Shown here: piece by piece, positions 59,032 through 64,000 of the stretch | Position numbering within the stretch: position 1 is the stretch's first letter | Layout: every line of letters begins with the position of its first letter | Assembly: GCA_963766075.1 (NCBI GenBank) | Contig: CAVYAN010000105.1 | Span: 1-64,000 of the forward strand | Length of the DNA stretch: 64,000 bases | Origin: an uncultured cyanobacterium | GTDB taxonomy: Bacteria > Cyanobacteriota > Cyanobacteriia > Leptolyngbyales > Leptolyngbyaceae | Reading direction: 5' to 3' | Position numbers and translations under genes: made by a program | The notes under the pieces: generated by a model | Databases searched by the model: none | What the model saw: only the letters and a program-made list of their open reading frames with translations | Told to the model about the DNA's origin: nothing

Positions 59032-60156
59032 ATGCCTGCACAGCCAACATCGAAGTCGGTGGCCCAGTTTCCGGGGTTGCCGACTGAGCTATGGGCAGAT
59101 TTACGCATCAGTTTACTGGACTGGTATGGCTTCCAGGGGCGGGATTTGCCTTGGCGCAGGACACGAGATCCCTATGCGATCTGGATTTCGGAGATCATGC
59201 TGCAACAAACCCAGGTGAAGACGGTGCTGGCGTATTACGATCGCTGGCTGACGGCTTTTCCCACGGTACAGGACTTGGCAGCGGCAGACCAGCAGCAGGT
59301 TTTGAAGCTGTGGCAGGGCTTGGGGTACTATGCCCGCGCCCGCAACCTGCATCGGACAGCCCAGGCCATCGTTCACCAGCATGGCGGCCAGTTTCCCCCG
59401 TCGATGGCAGAGGCAATGCAACTCCCCGGCATTGGCCGCACCACGGCGGGGGGAATTTTGAGTGCCGCTTTTGATCTGCCGGTGGCGATTTTAGATGGTA
59501 ATGTAAAGCGGGTATTGGCACGGCTGACGGCATTGCCTGTACCGCCCGCCCAGGCGATCGCCCATCTCTGGCAAATTTCAGAAGCCTTACTGGATCAGCG
59601 ATCTCCGCGCGACTTCAACCAAGCCCTGATGGACTTGGGCGCAACGGTCTGCACACCCAAACAGCCCACCTGTTCAGCCTGTCCCTGGACTCCATTTTGT
59701 CAAGCCTACCAATTAGACATGCAATCGAATCTACCGATCAAAGAAACCCATAATCCGATTCCTCGCAAAATCATTGGTGTCGCCGTCATTTGGAATGAAC
59801 AGCACCAAATTTTAATTGATCGCCGCAAACAAGAGGGCCTCTTGGGCGGACTGTGGGAATTCCCCGGTGGCAAAGTGGAAGCAGGCGAAACCATCCCCGA
59901 CTGCATCAAACGCGAAATCCAAGAAGAACTCGCGATCTACATCGCTGTGGGCGATCATCTGATCACCGTCGAACATGCCTATAGCCACTTTCGCGTTTCG
60001 CTGAACGTTTACCACTGTCGCTATCTCAGCGGTGAACCCCAAGCGATCGCCTGTGATGAAATTCGCTGGGTCACCCTGGCGGAAATCGATCAGTTTCCCT
60101 TTCCCACTGCCAATGTCAAAATCATTGAAGCGCTACGGCAAGAAATGCAAAATTAA
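59032..60156 (+). CDS. mutY: A/G-specific adenine glycosylase with C-terminal MutT/Nudix domain
   Basis: WISEIMLQQTQV, WQGLGYY.RARN, LPGIGRTTA, DGNV.RV, 4Fe-4S C-X6-C-X2-C-X5-C, Nudix box. Confidence 0.95.
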   Translation: MPAQPTSKSVAQFPGLPTELWADLRISLLDWYGFQGRDLPWRRTRDPYAIWISEIMLQQTQVKTVLAYYDRWLTAFPTVQDLAAADQQQVLKLWQGLGYYARARNLHRTAQAIVHQHGGQFPPSMAEAMQLPGIGRTTAGGILSAAFDLPVAILDGNVKRVLARLTALPVPPAQAIAHLWQISEALLDQRSPRDFNQALMDLGATVCTPKQPTCSACPWTPFCQAYQLDMQSNLPIKETHNPIPRKIIGVAVIWNEQHQILIDRRKQEGLLGGLWEFPGGKVEAGETIPDCIKREIQEELAIYIAVGDHLITVEHAYSHFRVSLNVYHCRYLSGEPQAIACDEIRWVTLAEIDQFPFPTANVKIIEALRQEMQN

Positions 60157-60198
60157 AATGTGGCGATCGCCTCAAATCTTTAGTTTTTAATCTTTAAT

Positions 60199-61370
60199 TC
60201 AGCCAAACCGACTCGGTAATAACTGGGCCAGCAAATTATCGGGTTTTCCAGTCCTTGCCTGGGCCGCAAAGCGTTGGGCTAGGGGGGGCACGATCGCCCA
60301 CGGATTGTTAAATCCTGAAAATACTTGCACCCCTTCGACGCCGGGGATAGATCCGATCAAGGGCAGGCGATCGCCGCTAAAGGCCACCAAACATTTCGAC
60401 CATGTTCCCGGCAGAGTTTTGAGGGTGGGCATAATCCGACCAATGCTGTCTCGCAGCAGGGCTTCGCTGGCAGCGGCATCCACGGTGGCCTGGGGATCGG
60501 TCAATGTTCGACTAATTTGGCCAATGCGCAGGCGACCATCCGGCAACTGCACAACTCCCGCATCAATGATGTATTCCGCCGCTTCCTGACCGGGCTCATC
60601 CCAAAGGGCATCATTTTGGGTGGCGGTAGCTTCCATGGCAAACCGGGCAGTGACGGCGGGCATCACCAAGGTCTTCAGCCGGAAATCCACCGGCGGCGTA
60701 TCGATCACTTCGGCATGGGTAAAGTAGGTGCGGACAGGAATCTCAGCATCATGCAGCAGCGATCGCGTCCAGCCTCCGGCGCACACGACCACCTGTTCGC
60801 TGTAGAACGATTGCCCATCGGCAACGACTCCGGTGACCTGGGACGCATCGCCCCGCAGCAGCCCGGTGACGCGGCCCAATTGGTAGGTGCCCCCCGGCGC
60901 TGAAATGCCTGAAGATAGGCGCGGGTGGTGGCGATCGGATCGATGCGGCCATGCTTGACGGTGAGGGCAGCGGCGATCGCTCGGGGATTCAGCAACGGTT
61001 CCAGGGCACAGGCGGCGGCGACATCCAGCAGGCGGGGCGGCAGGGCAAAGTGGGCATAGGAGGCCGCAATGGCCTGGGGATCGGCATCTGCCGGAATGGT
61101 TAACAGCAGGTCGCCATCCACAAAATGAGTGGAAGCGGCCAATTCGTCACTCAGCGATCGGTGGCGCGCAATGCCTTCAGCGCAGAGCTGCCGGGTCAGC
61201 TCCGTCGTACCGGACCAGTAAGCAATGCCGCCGTAGCTATACCGGGTGGCACTGGGAAACTCTGCCGCCTGTTCCAGCAGCAACACCGAAAACCCCTGGC
61301 TGACCAGTTCATAGCTCAGCGCCGCCCCGGTCATCCCCGCGCCAATCACAATCCAGTCATAGGTGGCCAT
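60199..61370 (-). CDS. FAD-dependent oxidoreductase (DAO family), frameshift at C6 60890-60895
   Basis: VIGAGMTG, VVVCAGGW, D.LPLIG; one extra G joins the two frames. Confidence 0.88.
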
Positions 61371-61562
61371 TACCCATTTCCTCGATACAACAATTCGAGC
61401 GATCGCCCCTGCTCTCTCCCCAGAATCAGACCGCAGCCTTCAGAGGCGTATCCGTATCTTCTACTACATTCCAGACTGGGAATTGCTGAAACAATCGATT
61501 CACTTGTGACATGCACGTGACATTCTTATACCATGCATGTGGAATTCTTAGAGGAGTGAACG

Positions 61563-62750
61563 TTGAATACTAAGCGTCGTACCGTAATTCGAGGGTTGCT
61601 GGCCGCCGGGGCCTTTGGAGCCACATCAAAACTGTGGACAGGCTGCACCCCTGCACCCACGCCCCAGGCAGGCTCCGGCAGTCCCACCCCAGCCAATTCC
61701 CCTGCCGCAGGCAAGGAAATCGTCATGGGCTTCATCTATGTCGGTCCCAAGGACGACTATGGGTGGAACCAGGCGCACTTTGAAGGGAAGGAAGGCGTAG
61801 CCAAGCTCCCCGGTGTGAAAACCGTGGATCAGGCCAGTGTGCCGGAAACCAAGGATGTTCAGGAAGCCATGCTGAGCATGATCAACCAAGAGGGAGCCAC
61901 GGTTATCTTCCCCACCTCCTTTGGCTATTTTGATCCCCATATTCTAGAGGTGGCCAAAGCCAATCCGACGGTCCAGTTTTTCCACGCGGGTGGACTCTAC
62001 GACGAAACCAAGCACCCCAAAAACGTGGGCAGCTATTTTGCCTATATTGACGAAGCGCAGTACGTCGCGGGCATCGTCGCGGGCAACATGACGAAAAGCA
62101 ACAAGCTGGGCTTTGTCGCGGCCAAGCCGATTCCCCAGGTGGTACGCAATATCAATAGCTTTACCCTCGGGGCCAAGAGCGTCAATCCCAAAATCACGAC
62201 GCAGGTGGTCTTTACCGGCGACTGGTCGCTGCCTGTGAAAGAAGCCGAAGCCGCGAACAGCATGGCGGATCAGGGGGTTGATGTGATTACCTGCCACGTC
62301 GATAGTCCCAAGGTGGTGATCGAAACGGCGGAACGGCGTGGTATTTTCTGCACGGGCTATCACACCAACCAGATCAAGCTGGCTCCCAAGGGCTATTTGA
62401 CCGGGGCTGAGTGGGATTGGTCCAGCATCTATACAACCTATGCCAAGCTGATTCAGGATGGCAAAACGCTGATGGATGGTGGGATTCCCCACTTGGTGCG
62501 GGGGGGCTACAAGGAAGGCTATGTGAAGGTTTCTGATTATGGTCCGGCGGTATCGGCAAAAGCCAAAACCGATGCGGAAGCGGCTAAGGCAAAGTTGAAG
62601 GATGAAACCCTGATCATTTACCAAGGACCGCTGAAGGATAATACGGGCAAGGAAGTGATTCCTGCGGGTAAGGGGTTCAAGCAAAAGGACACCGAACTGG
62701 AAAAGATGGATTGGCTTGTGGATGGGGTGCTGGGTAGCACCAAGAGTTAA
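61563..62750 (+). CDS. BMP family ABC substrate-binding lipoprotein (Tat signal)
   Basis: KRRTVI signal, lipobox LWTGC, FIYVGP.DD.GWNQAH, TSFGY; GAGGAG SD. Confidence 0.92.
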   Translation: MNTKRRTVIRGLLAAGAFGATSKLWTGCTPAPTPQAGSGSPTPANSPAAGKEIVMGFIYVGPKDDYGWNQAHFEGKEGVAKLPGVKTVDQASVPETKDVQEAMLSMINQEGATVIFPTSFGYFDPHILEVAKANPTVQFFHAGGLYDETKHPKNVGSYFAYIDEAQYVAGIVAGNMTKSNKLGFVAAKPIPQVVRNINSFTLGAKSVNPKITTQVVFTGDWSLPVKEAEAANSMADQGVDVITCHVDSPKVVIETAERRGIFCTGYHTNQIKLAPKGYLTGAEWDWSSIYTTYAKLIQDGKTLMDGGIPHLVRGGYKEGYVKVSDYGPAVSAKAKTDAEAAKAKLKDETLIIYQGPLKDNTGKEVIPAGKGFKQKDTELEKMDWLVDGVLGSTKS

Positions 62751-62812
62751 TTAACTGATTGGTGATTAACTGATTGGCGATTAACTGATTGGCGTTTAAC
62801 TGATTGACGATT
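62751..62812. repeat. 15-bp tandem repeat x4 (TTAACTGATTGGYGA)
   Basis: Begins immediately after the BMP stop codon. Confidence 0.9.
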
Positions 62813-62898
62813 GCGCAATTACATCGTGATTACATATCGTGATTGCATTACGTGTGCATTAGCGAATCAGTTCAAGATTCAGTTCAAGATAACGTGAC

Positions 62899-62930
62899 AA
62901 AAGATGGGTGCAGGAAACACCCATCTTTTT
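62899..62930 (+). terminator. Intrinsic terminator
   Basis: AAAAGATGGGTG-CAGGAAA-CACCCATCTTTTT. Confidence 0.75.
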
Positions 62931-63019
62931 GTTTGCGCAGCGCTGTGAAAACTTTGGCTACTCCCTACCCCTCAATAACTACACCGTTGTGGCAGTGCGC
63001 GCACTTTTGGTTTTTCTAA

Positions 63020-63061
63020 GTGATTTATCCACAGTGATTTATGCACGGTGATTTATCCACG
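63020..63061. repeat. 14-bp tandem repeat x3 (GTGATTTATSCACR)
   Basis: The third copy contains the stop codon of the 63053 ORF. Confidence 0.88.
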
Positions 63062-63298
63062 CCACAGATATTCAGTGAGCTGTCGCCCGACCCGGCGCTC
63101 AACGACCGGATCGGCGGGCAAGTTCCAGCGGATGGATTGATAGAGCGAATGGCGATAGAGATCAAAGGCGGCTTCGATCAGTTCACCATAGGTGGTGGCA
63201 GCGGCGATCGCCCACCCATAGGCAAACCGCGCCGAGAATAGACCGAGGAGTGGCCACAGGCTCCAGAGCGTTCCAGACCATGGGAGTGGCAGCAAAAA
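63053..63298 (-). pseudogene. C-terminal fragment of a membrane protein
   Basis: Protein-like AA..YGELIEAAFDLYR..LY..LTEYLWRG; no credible start; its 5' end abuts the VapC remnant. Confidence 0.55.
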
Positions 63299-63434
63299 AT
63301 CCGAGTTGGTACTCAAGTCCTGCGAATTGCATCCATTGCCCTTTCTGTGGGTGGGGTTGCTATTACCCGCAATCGCCGGGATTTTGAGCAGGTATCAGGT
63401 TTGTCGATCTGAGGACTGGTCGATCGCCTGCTGA
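63290..63434 (+). pseudogene. vapC: VapC/PIN toxin C-terminal remnant
   Basis: [38 protein letters not shown], with EDWS in the +1 frame. Confidence 0.75.
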
Positions 63435-63579
63435 GTTTGCCCGGAGTCGCAAATACGATGGGTCAATCGCCCCTTCCAACTATCCATATTGCTGAAAACC
63501 GCATAACCTCTCTGGGCTGAGAGGGATAAGTTAGCGGCGGGATGGTACTGTTGAGCTTAAGCGACTGGAGGATTTGCGG

Positions 63580-64000
63580 ATGTTGTCTCGGAAAGCGATC
63601 GCATTGGCAGTAGTGTTGAGCGGGCCGATCGCAGTAGAGTTCCCGGCTCAGGGATTTGAGACGGCGGCTCCGGTGTTGGCGCAGACGGTGAATCAACGAA
63701 AGGCAGAGGGCGATCGACTTCTCGAGCAGGGACTTCAGCAGTATCAAACCAGCCAGTACGAAGCGGCGCTGCAATCCTGGGAAGCGGCACTCAAGCTGTA
63801 CCGCGAACTCAAAGACCGCAATGGCGAAGCGAATGCATTGATGAATCTAGGCGTTGCTTACCTTTCTCTGTCGCAATACAACAAAGCCATCAGTTACTAT
63901 CAGCAGGCATTGCCCCTCTTCCAGCAAGTCAAAGACCGCAATGGCGAAGCGAGTGCATTGACGAATCTAGGCAATGCTTACCTTTCTCTGTCGCAATATG
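63580..64000 (+). CDS. Secreted TPR-repeat protein (probably TPR-CHAT type), runs off the window
   Basis: GGAGG SD; signal peptide, VLAQT..RKAEGDRLLEQG, 40-aa TPR units (DRNGEA.AL.NLG.AY.SL.QY). Confidence 0.85.
   Translation, partial: MLSRKAIALAVVLSGPIAVEFPAQGFETAAPVLAQTVNQRKAEGDRLLEQGLQQYQTSQYEAALQSWEAALKLYRELKDRNGEANALMNLGVAYLSLSQYNKAISYYQQALPLFQQVKDRNGEASALTNLGNAYLSLSQY

Noticed and set aside
62899..62930. Yfr2-family RNA (GGAAACA loop)
   Set aside because: Only a single motif, in a terminator loop; the other Yfr2 features are absent.
58491..63061. Short repeat arrays as CRISPR arrays
   Set aside because: Units are contiguous 14-17 bp with no unique spacers, and there are no cas genes.
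63025..63061. DnaA boxes (TTATCCACA plus two near-matches) as oriC
   Set aside because: They arise from tandem duplication of an ORF's last codons; no dnaA/dnaN or AT-rich unwinding element is nearby.

Overview
Chromosomal DNA of a cyanobacterium: HIP1 octamer GCGATCGC occurs dozens of times, and chlG, petP, psb35, ycf23 and many pentapeptide proteins are present. It is mostly housekeeping: sdhA, menG, hisF, petP-Get3/ArsA-chlG-PBP1A-psb35, ychF, frmA, ribBA, argC, tyrA, Cry-DASH, sodA, tRNA-Gly(CCC), a clpC paralog, uvrA, pheT, ruvA, spp and mutY. At least 8 genes, including essential chlG and argC, are split by single-base indels, mostly in G/C homopolymers; this most likely reflects long-read assembly error. 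The two ends are accessory. On the left, a 3'-truncated group II intron is fused directly into a 5'-truncated SNF2 helicase of a SNF2-SWIM pair. On the right, back-to-back remnants of a membrane protein and a VapC toxin precede a secreted TPR protein whose near-identical 120-bp repeats vary mainly at non-synonymous sites. Features missing from the ORF track: a ~115-nt sRNA gene whose extended -10 is overlapped by a perfect NtcA box (NsrR1-like), a 57-aa exported protein, Yfr1-complementary leaders, two K-box-like motifs each 23 nt from a -10, REP-like palindromes, and many unrelated 12-24 bp tandem duplications sitting on gene start/stop codons. I see no complete novel multi-gene system. All family assignments come from motif recognition, not database searches.
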